From: Candidatus Aminicenantes bacterium
GTDB taxonomy: Bacteria; Acidobacteriota; Aminicenantia; Aminicenantales; Saccharicenantaceae
Reading direction: 5' to 3'
Assembly: GCA_963727095.1 (NCBI GenBank)
Contig: CAVSEQ010000003.1
Span: 194,016 to 258,015, forward strand
DNA length: 64,000 nt
In this document: positions 1-8,626 of the stretch, one piece after another
Position numbering within the stretch: position 1 is the stretch's first letter
Layout of the letters: every line of letters starts with the position of its first letter
The notes under the pieces: model-generated
Seen by the model: only the letters and a program-made list of their open reading frames with translations
Told to the model about the DNA's origin: nothing
Database searches by the model: none
Program-made: the position numbers and the translations under genes

Positions 1-1467
1 GTCAGGGAAAAATGCACCGCCGACCTCGAAGCGGAGCCGGCGAAGCTGGACAAGGCGCTCGATACGCTCCTCGCCAACAAGGCCATCGTCCGCGAGCCGC
101 TCGGCGCCGACGACGCCCTTTACCTCCCCTTCTTCTACCAGGCCCAGGAGGACGTCGTCCGGGCGCTTCACAAACTCGCGGAATATCCCTCCCCGGCGCC
201 GGAGATCGACTTGGATCAGGCGGTCGCGGGCACGGAAAAAACCATGGGCCTCGTCTTTTCCCCGCTCCAGAAAGAGGCGATTCGGAAGACGTTCCAGAAA
301 AAAATCCTGGTGATCACGGGAGGCCCCGGCACCGGCAAAACGACGATTATTCGCTCGATCGTCGATATCTTCGCGCAGTGGGGGAGAGACGTGATTCTCG
401 CCGCGCCCACCGGCCGGGCCGCGAAGCGGCTGGCCGATACCACGGGGCGCGACGCCCGGACGATCCACCGCGTGCTCGAGTTTCAGCCGAAGAAAGGGAC
501 GTTCAAGAAGAACGAGAAGAATCCCCTCCGTGGAGAGGCCCTCGTTATCGACGAGTTTTCGATGGTCGATCTGCCCTTGATGTATCATCTCCTCAAGGCC
601 GTTCCCGCGCCGATGAGGCTGATCCTCGTCGGCGACAAGGACCAGCTGCCTTCGGTCGGACCGGGCACCTTGCTCAAGGACATCATCGAATCACAAACCC
701 TGGAGGTCGTCCGGCTTGAGGAGATCTTCCGCCAGAACAAGGATAGCTACATCGTCCTCAATGCCCATCGGGTCAATTTAGGGGAGTCGCTCATCTATCC
801 GCCGCGCGAAGACAAGGATTCCGATTTCTATTTCATCCGCATGGACAACGAGCAGAGTGTTTTCACCACGATTATGAAACTCAGCTCCTCGAGCGTGCCT
901 TATAAGCTCGGCCTGAGCCCGCTCTCGCCCCAGATCCAGGTCATCAGTCCGATGTACAAGGGCCTGGTCGGGGTCGATAACCTGAACCAGGAACTGCAGA
1001 AGCGCCTCAACCCGCAGAAGGACGGCCTCAAAGTCGGACTCCGGGAGTTCAGAGTGCGGGACAAGGTCATGCAAATCCGAAACGACTATGAGAAGGACGT
1101 CTTCAACGGAGATATCGGCTCCATCCTCCATATCGACAAGCCGAAGTTCCGGATCTTCGTGGATTATGAAGGCCGGACCGTCAGCTACGAAAAGGATGAA
1201 TTGAACGATATCAACCTAGCCTACGCCGTGTCGGTCCACAAGGCGCAGGGCAGCGAGTATCAGGCGGTGATCATGCCCCTGCTGACGCAGCACTTCATCA
1301 TGCTGCAGCGCAACCTGTTTTATACGGCGCTCACCCGGGCCAAGAAGCTGAGCGTCATCATCGGCTCGTTCAAAGCCTTGCACATTGCGATCAAAAATGA
1401 CAAACCGGTCATGCGAAACTCGCTCGTCAAGGACAGGCTCATCCGGCTGAGCGGCGGAGCGGCCTGA
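1..1467 (+). CDS. recD2: RecD/TraA-family ATP-dependent DNA helicase (RecD2-like), 5' end outside window; frame 1 is open from nt 1
   Basis: Walker A GGPGTGKTT, DEFSMVD (Walker B), LVGDKDQLPSVGPG, SVHKAQGSEY motifs; no stop from position 1 in the same frame as ORF 211..1467. Confidence 0.8.
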   Translation, partial: VREKCTADLEAEPAKLDKALDTLLANKAIVREPLGADDALYLPFFYQAQEDVVRALHKLAEYPSPAPEIDLDQAVAGTEKTMGLVFSPLQKEAIRKTFQKKILVITGGPGTGKTTIIRSIVDIFAQWGRDVILAAPTGRAAKRLADTTGRDARTIHRVLEFQPKKGTFKKNEKNPLRGEALVIDEFSMVDLPLMYHLLKAVPAPMRLILVGDKDQLPSVGPGTLLKDIIESQTLEVVRLEEIFRQNKDSYIVLNAHRVNLGESLIYPPREDKDSDFYFIRMDNEQSVFTTIMKLSSSSVPYKLGLSPLSPQIQVISPMYKGLVGVDNLNQELQKRLNPQKDGLKVGLREFRVRDKVMQIRNDYEKDVFNGDIGSILHIDKPKFRIFVDYEGRTVSYEKDELNDINLAYAVSVHKAQGSEYQAVIMPLLTQHFIMLQRNLFYTALTRAKKLSVIIGSFKALHIAIKNDKPVMRNSLVKDRLIRLSGGAA

Positions 1468-1482
1468 GGGCCGGCGGGAGGT

Positions 1483-1510
1483 TTGACAGGCCGGGGGAAT
1501 TCCATATAAT
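1483..1510 (+). promoter_or_regulatory. Sigma70-type promoter: TTGACA (1483-1488), 16-nt spacer, TATAAT (1505-1510), ~55 nt upstream of the rubrerythrin-like gene
   Basis: Perfect consensus -35 and -10 hexamers with canonical spacing read directly in sequence. Confidence 0.6.
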
Positions 1511-1565
1511 AAGGGACACGTCGAGGGAGATCCGGTGCCGCGCCGGCTCCAAGGATAATGCACCA

Positions 1566-2027
1566 ATGAACGCCCGCCCGCTGAACAATCTTCGCGACAT
1601 CGTCGCTCTCGCCATCGACAGAGAGAAAGAGGCGGCGGCGGGCTACCGGCAGCTGGCCGGGATCGTCGAGACCCCGGGCCTTCGGGTTCTCGCCCTTGAG
1701 CTCGAGCAGGAGGAAATCCATCATCGGGAGCTTCTCGAGAATCTTCGGCCGGAGACGTGGGAACACCCCAACTCAAGTCCGGTCGCCGATCTGGGGCTCA
1801 GTGATGCGCCGGCGGATGAAGCGCTCTCCCCGGATATGACCGTTCAGGATCTCCTGCTCTTCGCCGCCAAAAAAGAAAAGAGGGCCACGGAGCTTTATGC
1901 GGGTTTGGCCAGGGCCGCCGATTCGCGTCCCCTCCGGGAACTCTTCGAGTTCCTGGCCGATCAGGAGAGGGTTCATAAGCTCAAAATAGAAACGGAATAT
2001 GAGCGGATCGTCCTGAAAGAGAACTAA
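1566..2027 (+). CDS. Rubrerythrin-like ferritin-fold diiron protein (no rubredoxin domain)
   Basis: Four-helix pattern with ligand motifs E...ExxH...E...ExxH (LEQEEIHHREL; LADQERVHKL). Confidence 0.65.
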   Translation: MNARPLNNLRDIVALAIDREKEAAAGYRQLAGIVETPGLRVLALELEQEEIHHRELLENLRPETWEHPNSSPVADLGLSDAPADEALSPDMTVQDLLLFAAKKEKRATELYAGLARAADSRPLRELFEFLADQERVHKLKIETEYERIVLKEN

Positions 2028-2042
2028 GACAAGGAGAACATC

Positions 2043-2204
2043 ATGGATAAGTGGGAATGCCAAGCCTGTGGTTACATTTATGATCCCGCCGTGGGAGACC
2101 CCGACAATGGTGTCGTGCCCGGGACGCGATTCGAGGACCTGCCGGAGACGTGGGTGTGCCCTCAGTGCGGGGTCGGCAAGGAATTTTTTAAAAAGCTCGG
2201 CTGA
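2043..2204 (+). CDS. rub: Rubredoxin (53 aa), not in ORF track because <60 aa
   Basis: Translation [53 protein letters not shown]: two CxxCG knuckles and the conserved aromatic core of rubredoxin; 15 nt after preceding gene. Confidence 0.85.
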   Translation: MDKWECQACGYIYDPAVGDPDNGVVPGTRFEDLPETWVCPQCGVGKEFFKKLG

Positions 2205-2215
2205 CCGGCTCGTCC

Positions 2216-3259
2216 ATGACAAAGAAGCTGGCGGTGTTCGTGGTTGCAACGCTGGCCTGGGCTGCGGCTCTCGCCGGTCAATCAACGGAACTTCCCGGGC
2301 AAACGGCCGCATCGTCCGGTCCGATCATCAAGTACGGCGGCTACTTTTCGCTGGATTACCTCAAAGGCCAAGCCGACAGCGGCTTCGCCAACGGCTCTCT
2401 GGAGAACATCCAGGCCGGCTTGATGGTCAACGGCCTCATCTCCCAGAGGTTCGCGTTTGCGCTCGAAGTCCGGTCCCGGAGTGAATCCCTCTTTGAGATT
2501 GAGCAGGCCTGGGCCGGGTTCGTTCCCTCCCAGGCCTTCAGCGCCAGAGTCGGTATGTACCTCGTGCCGTTCGGGCAATGGAACCGCGCCAGCCGGCCAT
2601 ACGAGACCCCGCTCATCAGCACGCCGCTGAACTTGGCTTTTCTCTATCCGGCGAGCTGGCGGGATCTGGGAGTGACGGTCGAAGGTCAGGTTGCGATCTT
2701 TTCCTATGCCACTTATGTAGGGAACGGCCTCAAGGAAGCGGACAACCTTGCATCAGGGCAGCAGTTTTCGGACAACAATAAGGATAAGGCCAAAGGCGGG
2801 CGGCTGGGTCTCATCATCGGCCAGGACATCCAAGCCGGTGCATCGTACTACACCGGCAAGTACGATACTGCCAACGAGCGGAACCTGAGTTTGGAGGGAG
2901 TGGATTTTTCCTGGGTGACCGCTCAATGGGAAATCAAGGCAGAAGTCGCCAAAGCTCTCATCGACAATCCCGACCCCATCGCCGAGGGCAAGTCCGAAGG
3001 TTATTCCGTCTGGATGGTGCTCAAGTTCGCCCACCTTCAACCGTGGGGAAGCCTCCAGCGGGTGAAGTACATGGACCCAGGGCACCCGACCGGCGACGAA
3101 ATGGGGATCGCTATTAACCAGAGGAGGTGGGCCATCGGCCTCACCTGGACGCCGGCCAACAATCTCTTCCTGAAAATCGAGTATGATTGGAATAAGGACA
3201 AGATTTTGCCCGCCGCCAGGAAAAACCTCTTTTCGGCGCAGGCGGCCTTCAGTTTCTAG
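2216..3259 (+). CDS. Outer-membrane beta-barrel protein (porin-like), signal peptide, C-terminal AFSF
   Basis: N-terminal signal peptide MTKKLAVFVVATLAWAAALAGQ, alternating amphipathic strands, terminal Phe typical of OMPs; 12 nt after rubredoxin. Confidence 0.55.
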   Translation: MTKKLAVFVVATLAWAAALAGQSTELPGQTAASSGPIIKYGGYFSLDYLKGQADSGFANGSLENIQAGLMVNGLISQRFAFALEVRSRSESLFEIEQAWAGFVPSQAFSARVGMYLVPFGQWNRASRPYETPLISTPLNLAFLYPASWRDLGVTVEGQVAIFSYATYVGNGLKEADNLASGQQFSDNNKDKAKGGRLGLIIGQDIQAGASYYTGKYDTANERNLSLEGVDFSWVTAQWEIKAEVAKALIDNPDPIAEGKSEGYSVWMVLKFAHLQPWGSLQRVKYMDPGHPTGDEMGIAINQRRWAIGLTWTPANNLFLKIEYDWNKDKILPAARKNLFSAQAAFSF

Positions 3260-3272
3260 GCGGCCTCCGGCC

Positions 3273-3301
3273 TTGAGTCCTTCGTCCGATTCTGCTACAA
3301 T
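3273..3301 (+). promoter_or_regulatory. Putative promoter for purA: TTGAGT, 17-nt spacer, TACAAT
   Basis: Hexamers read in sequence ~60 nt upstream of purA start. Confidence 0.3.
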
Positions 3302-3360
3302 CGCCCGGGCGGTACGCTTCTGACATTCGCATCAACACCGACTTCGTATAAGGAAGAGGC

Positions 3361-4689
3361 ATGGCCAATCTGCTCGTTCTCGGCACCCAATGGGGAGACG
3401 AAGGCAAAGGCAAGATCGTCGACCTCCTGACTCCCGCATTTGATATCGTCGCCCGGTATCAAGGCGGTCACAACGCCGGACACACCGTCCACGTCCACGG
3501 GACCAAGATTGTCCTCCACCTGATTCCCTCGGGGATCCTCCATCCCGGCAAATTATGCGTTATCGGGAACGGGCTTGTGGTTTCGGCGCCCGCGTTCTTC
3601 AAGGAGATCTCCGACCTCGAACGGCTGGGGGTCAATGTTGATCCGGACCGTCTCGCGGTGAGCCGGAATGCCCACATGATCATGCCCTGGCATCCGATCA
3701 TGGAGCGGCTGAGCGAGGAGAGCCGGGGGGCGAAGAAGATCGGCACGACGTGCCGCGGCATCGGCCCCGCCTATGAAGACAAAGCGGCGCGGCGGGGCAT
3801 TCGGGCGGGCGACCTTCTCGAGAGCGCCGTCCTCAAGGACAAAATCGACGAAACCGTCGAAGCCAAGAACCGCGGCTTTCTGGGCTCCGGCCTGCCCGAA
3901 CTCGACGCGAATGCCATCTTCGAGGAATACAAGACCTGGGGAGAAAAACTCGCGCCGTTTGTTCGTGACGTCGCCCTGCTCCTCCATGAGGAGATGGCCG
4001 CCGGAAAGACTGTTCTTTTCGAAGGCGCGCAGGGCGCCCTGCTCGATCTCGACCACGGCACTTATCCCTACGTCACGTCTTCGAGCTCGACGGCCGGCGG
4101 CGTCTGCACCGGTCTGGGCGTCGGTCCACGGTCGGTCCATGGGATTCTCGGCATCACCAAAGCTTACGCGACAAGGGTCGGCGGAGGTCCGTTCCCGACA
4201 GAACTCCGCGATGAAACCGGCCATCGCCTGGCTGCACGCGGCGACGAATTCGGCGCTACCACGGGCCGTCCCCGGCGCTGCGGCTGGTTCGACGCGGTCG
4301 CCGTCCGGTACACATGCCGTATCAACGGGGTCGAGCGGATCGCCCTGACCAAGCCCGACGTGCTCGAAGAATTCGACGAGGTGCGCGTCTGCACGGGATA
4401 CCGTTTCAAAGGCCGGACACTGAAGGCGTTTCCGACCGAACCTTGGATCCTGGAGGCCGTCGAGCCGGTTTACCGGACGGTTCCGGGCTGGAAGAATTCC
4501 GTCCATGAGGCGGCCCGGTTCGACAAGCTTCCCGGGACGTTCATCGATTATCTCCGCCTTATCGAGGACTTGACCGAAACCCGTGTCGCGATCATTTCGA
4601 CGGGCGTCGAACGGGCGAACACCATCTTCCGCTCCGAAGAGCTTCGAGGTCTCGTCGACCTCGGGAAAGTCGGGGGAACAGCGGCGTAG
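3361..4689 (+). CDS. purA: Adenylosuccinate synthetase
   Basis: N-terminus MANLLVLGTQWGDEGKGKIVD (P-loop) and full-length conservation. Confidence 0.95.
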   Translation: MANLLVLGTQWGDEGKGKIVDLLTPAFDIVARYQGGHNAGHTVHVHGTKIVLHLIPSGILHPGKLCVIGNGLVVSAPAFFKEISDLERLGVNVDPDRLAVSRNAHMIMPWHPIMERLSEESRGAKKIGTTCRGIGPAYEDKAARRGIRAGDLLESAVLKDKIDETVEAKNRGFLGSGLPELDANAIFEEYKTWGEKLAPFVRDVALLLHEEMAAGKTVLFEGAQGALLDLDHGTYPYVTSSSSTAGGVCTGLGVGPRSVHGILGITKAYATRVGGGPFPTELRDETGHRLAARGDEFGATTGRPRRCGWFDAVAVRYTCRINGVERIALTKPDVLEEFDEVRVCTGYRFKGRTLKAFPTEPWILEAVEPVYRTVPGWKNSVHEAARFDKLPGTFIDYLRLIEDLTETRVAIISTGVERANTIFRSEELRGLVDLGKVGGTAA

Positions 4690-4698
4690 GGGCGGGGG

Positions 4699-5844
4699 AT
4701 GAACGACCGGAACCTCCAGCACATTGAAATCAGCCGGAAAGCCCTCGTCCACAACATCCGGCAGTTCCGGCGCGTCATCGGGACCCGGCGCAAGTTCATG
4801 GCCGTCGTTAAAGCCAATGCCTACGGGCACGGCCTCCTCGAAGTCGGACGGATCGTTCTTGAAAACGGAGCCGACTGGCTCGGCGTCAACTCGGCCGACG
4901 AAGGAATTGCTCTCAGGGATGCCGGAATCTCGGCGCCGATCCTTGTCTTGGGATATGTACCCTTCGAAGCCCTTCAAGAGGCGGTGGCCCGAGACCTTAG
5001 ACTCATTGTTTACAACCGCGAAACCGTCGCCCGCCTGGCCCGTGCCGCACAGCTTGCCGGGAAGACGGCCACGCTTCATATCAAAGTCGAAACCGGAACG
5101 CATCGGCAGGGCGTCCTCAGCAAGGATGTCTGGCCGTTTGTCAGAGAAATCCGGAAACATGCCGGGCTGAGGGTCGAAGGGCTGTCGTCTCATTTCGCTA
5201 ATATCGAGGACACGACGACGCATGACTATCCGCGCCGCCAGCTCAGGGCCTTCAGATCCTCGATCCGGAACCTCGCATCAAACGGCGTCCGAATCCCCAT
5301 CAAACATATGTCATGCTCCGCCTCGACGATCCTCTTCCCCGAAACCGATTTCACCATGGCGCGCGTCGGGATCGGGCTCTATGGCCTGTGGCCGTCCAAG
5401 GAAACATATCTCTCATGCCTGCTCCGCAAGAAGGAGCCCCTGTCCCTTCGGCCCGTGCTTTCCTGGAGAGCCAAGATTGCCCAGGTCAAACGGGTTCCCC
5501 GCGATTCGTTTGTCGGCTACGGGTGCACTTATAAAACGACCCGGCCGACCACCTTGGCCGTCATTCCGGTCGGCTACTATGACGGCTATGACCGCGGTCT
5601 ATCCAATGCCGCTCATGTCCTCGTAAACGGCAGGCGGGCGCCGGTCCGGGGCCGCGTGGCCATGGACTTCTTCATGGCCGATATCACGGATATCCCGGGC
5701 GTCTCGCTCGAAGACCGGGCCACGCTGATCGGGGCGGACGGGTCGGAGCGCATCGCGGCGGAGGACCTGGCCGGCTTGGCCGGCACGATCAGCTACGAAA
5801 TCCTGGCCCGCCTCAATCCGCTCATCCCTCGGCTCGTGGTCTAA
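4699..5844 (+). CDS. alr: Alanine racemase
   Basis: PLP-binding motif AVVKANAYGHG, length 381 aa. Confidence 0.9.
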   Translation: MNDRNLQHIEISRKALVHNIRQFRRVIGTRRKFMAVVKANAYGHGLLEVGRIVLENGADWLGVNSADEGIALRDAGISAPILVLGYVPFEALQEAVARDLRLIVYNRETVARLARAAQLAGKTATLHIKVETGTHRQGVLSKDVWPFVREIRKHAGLRVEGLSSHFANIEDTTTHDYPRRQLRAFRSSIRNLASNGVRIPIKHMSCSASTILFPETDFTMARVGIGLYGLWPSKETYLSCLLRKKEPLSLRPVLSWRAKIAQVKRVPRDSFVGYGCTYKTTRPTTLAVIPVGYYDGYDRGLSNAAHVLVNGRRAPVRGRVAMDFFMADITDIPGVSLEDRATLIGADGSERIAAEDLAGLAGTISYEILARLNPLIPRLVV

Positions 5845-5915
5845 GCTCCGCCGGGTTTCGGCTTCAGAGTCTCCTGTGCTAAGATAGAACCGGATTTTCA
5901 GCCAGGAGGTTTACG

Positions 5916-6116
5916 ATGCCGGTGAAGAAGCCAGTCAAGCGAGCTGCGAAACCGCGGAAGGGTCAGGGCTACGAATGCGGGGTCTGCGGCTACAGTGTCG
6001 TCGTCGATGATGTCTGCGGCTGCGAGGAAGAACACGTCTTCATCTGCTGCGACAAGCCGATGAAAAAAAAGGCGGCGAAGAAACCTGCGCCGAAGAAGGC
6101 GGCCCGGAAAAAATAG
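5916..6116 (+). CDS. Small (66 aa) Cys-rich protein with Lys/Pro/Ala-rich basic tails; function unknown
   Basis: Strong SD AGGAGG 7 nt upstream of ATG; central YECGVCG...CGCEEEHVFICC (6 Cys) flanked by KKPVKRAAKPRK and KKKAAKKPAPKKAARKK. Confidence 0.5.
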   Translation: MPVKKPVKRAAKPRKGQGYECGVCGYSVVVDDVCGCEEEHVFICCDKPMKKKAAKKPAPKKAARKK

Positions 6117-6177
6117 TTTGTCCGGCCGTGTGCGGGGCTGGATTCCGCACGAATGTCTACTGATTAGATAAGAAAAC

Positions 6178-6206
6178 TTGTATTCGGCCGGGTCCCGGCG
6201 TAAAAT
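6178..6206 (+). promoter_or_regulatory. Putative promoter for nfu-nifS-iscU operon: TTGTAT, 17-nt spacer, TAAAAT
   Basis: Hexamers read in sequence, ~130 nt leader to nfu ATG. Confidence 0.4.
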
Positions 6207-6335
6207 CCTTTGAGAGGATAGGGCGCCGGCCCAAGGTGCGTTTAAGGGTCGCCAACGGCCCTCAAGCCCAGACAAAGCCCTGGAAAATCCCGGCGGCAAA
6301 GGTTTGTAGAAAATCCTCATGCCAAGGAGTCCCGG

Positions 6336-6557
6336 ATGAAAGAAAAAGTCGAACAGGCGTTGGACAAGATCCGGCCCGCCCTCCAGGCCGACGGCGGAGA
6401 CGTGGAGCTCGTCGAAGTCACGGATGATGGCGTGGTCAAAGTCCGGCTGAAGGGCGCCTGCGGCGGTTGTCCCATGTCTCAATTGACCCTCAAGATGGGT
6501 ATCGAGCGGCTTCTGAAGAAAGACATTCCCGAGATCAAAACCGTCGAGGCCCTTTAA
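6336..6557 (+). CDS. nfuA: NifU-like / Nfu-type Fe-S cluster carrier domain protein
   Basis: GACGGCP CxxC motif of the NifU C-terminal domain, 73 aa. Confidence 0.8.
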   Translation: MKEKVEQALDKIRPALQADGGDVELVEVTDDGVVKVRLKGACGGCPMSQLTLKMGIERLLKKDIPEIKTVEAL

Positions 6558-6599
6558 CGAATCGTCTCCGCCCCATTCCAACAGGCGGAGGAGAATGTC

Positions 6600-7781
6600 A
6601 TGACGCAAGTCTATTTTGACCATATCGCGGCGACGCCTCTTCATCCCGAGGCGCTCAAGGCCATGCTTCCCTTCCTCCAGGACGACTTCGGTAACCCCCA
6701 GAGCCTTCATTCCGCAGGGCAGACGGCTGCCGCGGCTGTGGATGCGGCTCGGGAACAGGTGGCGCGGCTCATCGGCGCCCATGCGGACGAGATCTATTTC
6801 GTTTCAAGCGGCAGCGAGGCGAACAATTTTGCTGTCAAGGGGCTGGCCCAGGCTCATCAGGGGAAGGGAAAACACATCGTCGTCTCGGCCATCGAGCACC
6901 AGTCCATCCTCAATTCCGTTCGATGGCTTGAGAAACTCGGCTTCTCGGCGACCTTGGTCCCTGTGGACGGGACCGGCCTGGTCGACCCGGCCGAGGTTGA
7001 AAAAGCGTTGAGAAAAGAGACGATCCTCGTCTCCATCATGACGGCCAACGGTGAAATCGGGACAATCGAACCCACGGCCGAAATCGCCCGCATCTGCCGG
7101 GCTGCCGGCGTCCTCTTTCACACGGACGCGGTGGCGGCCGCGGGCAATATCCCGGTCAACGTCGCCGACTTGGGAGCGGATGCGCTAAGCCTGGCCGGAG
7201 ACCAGTTCTACGGTCCCAAGGGGTCGGCCGCGCTGTTCTTGAAAAAAGGGACGCGGATCACGCCGATGATCGACGGCGGAGTCCAGGAAAGCGGCCGGCG
7301 GGCCGGAACCGAGAACGTTCCCGCCATCGCCGGTCTGGGGGCCGCGGCGGGCGTCGCCATGGCAGAGATGGACGCCCGACGGGCGAAGCTCACGCCGCTC
7401 AGGGACCGGCTCATCGAGGAACTTCCTCAGGCCGTGGATCACGTCGTCCTCACGGGACACAGGACCCTGCGGTTGCCCCACCACGCGAGCTTCTGCGTCC
7501 GGTTTATCGAGGGAGAGGCCATGCTTCTCAGCCTGGACATGCAAGGCGTCCAGGCGTCCAGCGGGTCGGCATGCACTTCGAAGGCTCTGAAGGCCTCCCA
7601 CGTGCTCCTCGCCATGGGCCTGGATCATGCAACGGCCCAGGGGTCGCTCGTCTTCAGTCTCATCGAACGCGCAACGGGCGGCGACGTCGACCATCTCCTC
7701 GGCGTCTTTCCCGCGATCGTCGGCCGCCTGCGCAAGATGTCCCCGCTCTACACAGAGTATCTGAAGGAGAAAGCGCAATGA
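6600..7781 (+). CDS. nifS: Cysteine desulfurase (NifS/IscS family)
   Basis: Class V aminotransferase fold; active-site SSGSACTS; stop overlaps next start (ATGA). Confidence 0.9.
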   Translation: MTQVYFDHIAATPLHPEALKAMLPFLQDDFGNPQSLHSAGQTAAAAVDAAREQVARLIGAHADEIYFVSSGSEANNFAVKGLAQAHQGKGKHIVVSAIEHQSILNSVRWLEKLGFSATLVPVDGTGLVDPAEVEKALRKETILVSIMTANGEIGTIEPTAEIARICRAAGVLFHTDAVAAAGNIPVNVADLGADALSLAGDQFYGPKGSAALFLKKGTRITPMIDGGVQESGRRAGTENVPAIAGLGAAAGVAMAEMDARRAKLTPLRDRLIEELPQAVDHVVLTGHRTLRLPHHASFCVRFIEGEAMLLSLDMQGVQASSGSACTSKALKASHVLLAMGLDHATAQGSLVFSLIERATGGDVDHLLGVFPAIVGRLRKMSPLYTEYLKEKAQ

Positions 7782-8350
7782 TCTACAGCGATAAAGTCAT
7801 GGACCATTTCCAGAACCCCCGCAACGTCGGCGTGATCCCCGATGCGGACGGAATCGGCCAGGTCGGGAATCCCGTCTGCGGGGATATGATGACGTTTTAT
7901 ATCAAGGTAAAAGACGGCCGCCTCGCCGACGTCAAGTTCCAAACCTTCGGCTGCGGCGCCGCGATTGCGGTTTCGTCGATTGTCAGCGAAATGGCCATCG
8001 GAAAAACCCTCGATGAGGGGATGAAAATCACCAACGAGCTCGTGGCCGAGGAACTGGGCGGACTTCCGAAGAACAAGTTGCACTGCTCGAACCTCGGCGC
8101 CGACGCCCTCCACGCCGCGATTGATAATTACAGAAAGAAAGCCGCCTCCGAAGGGACGGGTGAAGCCCCCGGCGCCGACCTTCACGAGAACGAGGGCTGC
8201 GCGTGTCCCTATTGCGAAGGCCCGCTTGAAGAGGGCGGCGAGGAATATTGCAGTGCCTGCAAGATCGAGCTCGAGGAGTGCCCGTCCTGCGGCGGCATCA
8301 CCAATAAGAACGCCGATGCGTGCATGCACTGCGGCAAGCCGTTGAGCTGA
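7778..8350 (+). CDS. iscU: IscU/NifU-type Fe-S scaffold with C-terminal Cys-rich (8 Cys) extension
   Basis: NPxCGD, FGCGAAIA, HCSNLGADAL scaffold motifs; start ATG overlaps nifS stop; C-terminal CACPYCEG...YCSACK...CPSCGG...CMHCGKP. Confidence 0.85.
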   Translation: MIYSDKVMDHFQNPRNVGVIPDADGIGQVGNPVCGDMMTFYIKVKDGRLADVKFQTFGCGAAIAVSSIVSEMAIGKTLDEGMKITNELVAEELGGLPKNKLHCSNLGADALHAAIDNYRKKAASEGTGEAPGADLHENEGCACPYCEGPLEEGGEEYCSACKIELEECPSCGGITNKNADACMHCGKPLS

Positions 8351-8383
8351 CGCCGCGGCGGCGATGAAAGGGGGGAGGGTCCG

Positions 8384-8617
8384 ATGAAGGCCGACGTAAC
8401 GCTCGATTGTTACGGGCTCCTCTGCCCGATGCCCATCATCCAAACCGCGCAAACGATCAAACGCATGACGACCGGGCAGGTCCTCGAGATCCTGTCGACG
8501 GACAAGGGTATTCTCGCCGATATGCCGGCCTGGTGCCGAACGACCGGCCAGGAATTCCTGGGGTCCGAAGAGGAGAGCGACATCATCAAAGTGTACGTAA
8601 GGAAAAACCGGAACTGA
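8384..8617 (+). CDS. TusA-like sulfurtransferase
   Basis: CPxP motif (LLCPMPI), 77 aa two-layer alpha/beta size. Confidence 0.8.
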   Translation: MKADVTLDCYGLLCPMPIIQTAQTIKRMTTGQVLEILSTDKGILADMPAWCRTTGQEFLGSEEESDIIKVYVRKNRN

Positions 8618-8626
8618 ACCCTGAGA

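Noticed and set aside
12-719. ORF 12..719 (235 aa, Arg/Pro/Gly-rich) as an independent gene
   Set aside because: It is an alternative frame of the RecD2-like helicase region; the helicase frame is open from nt 1 and carries all the conserved motifs.
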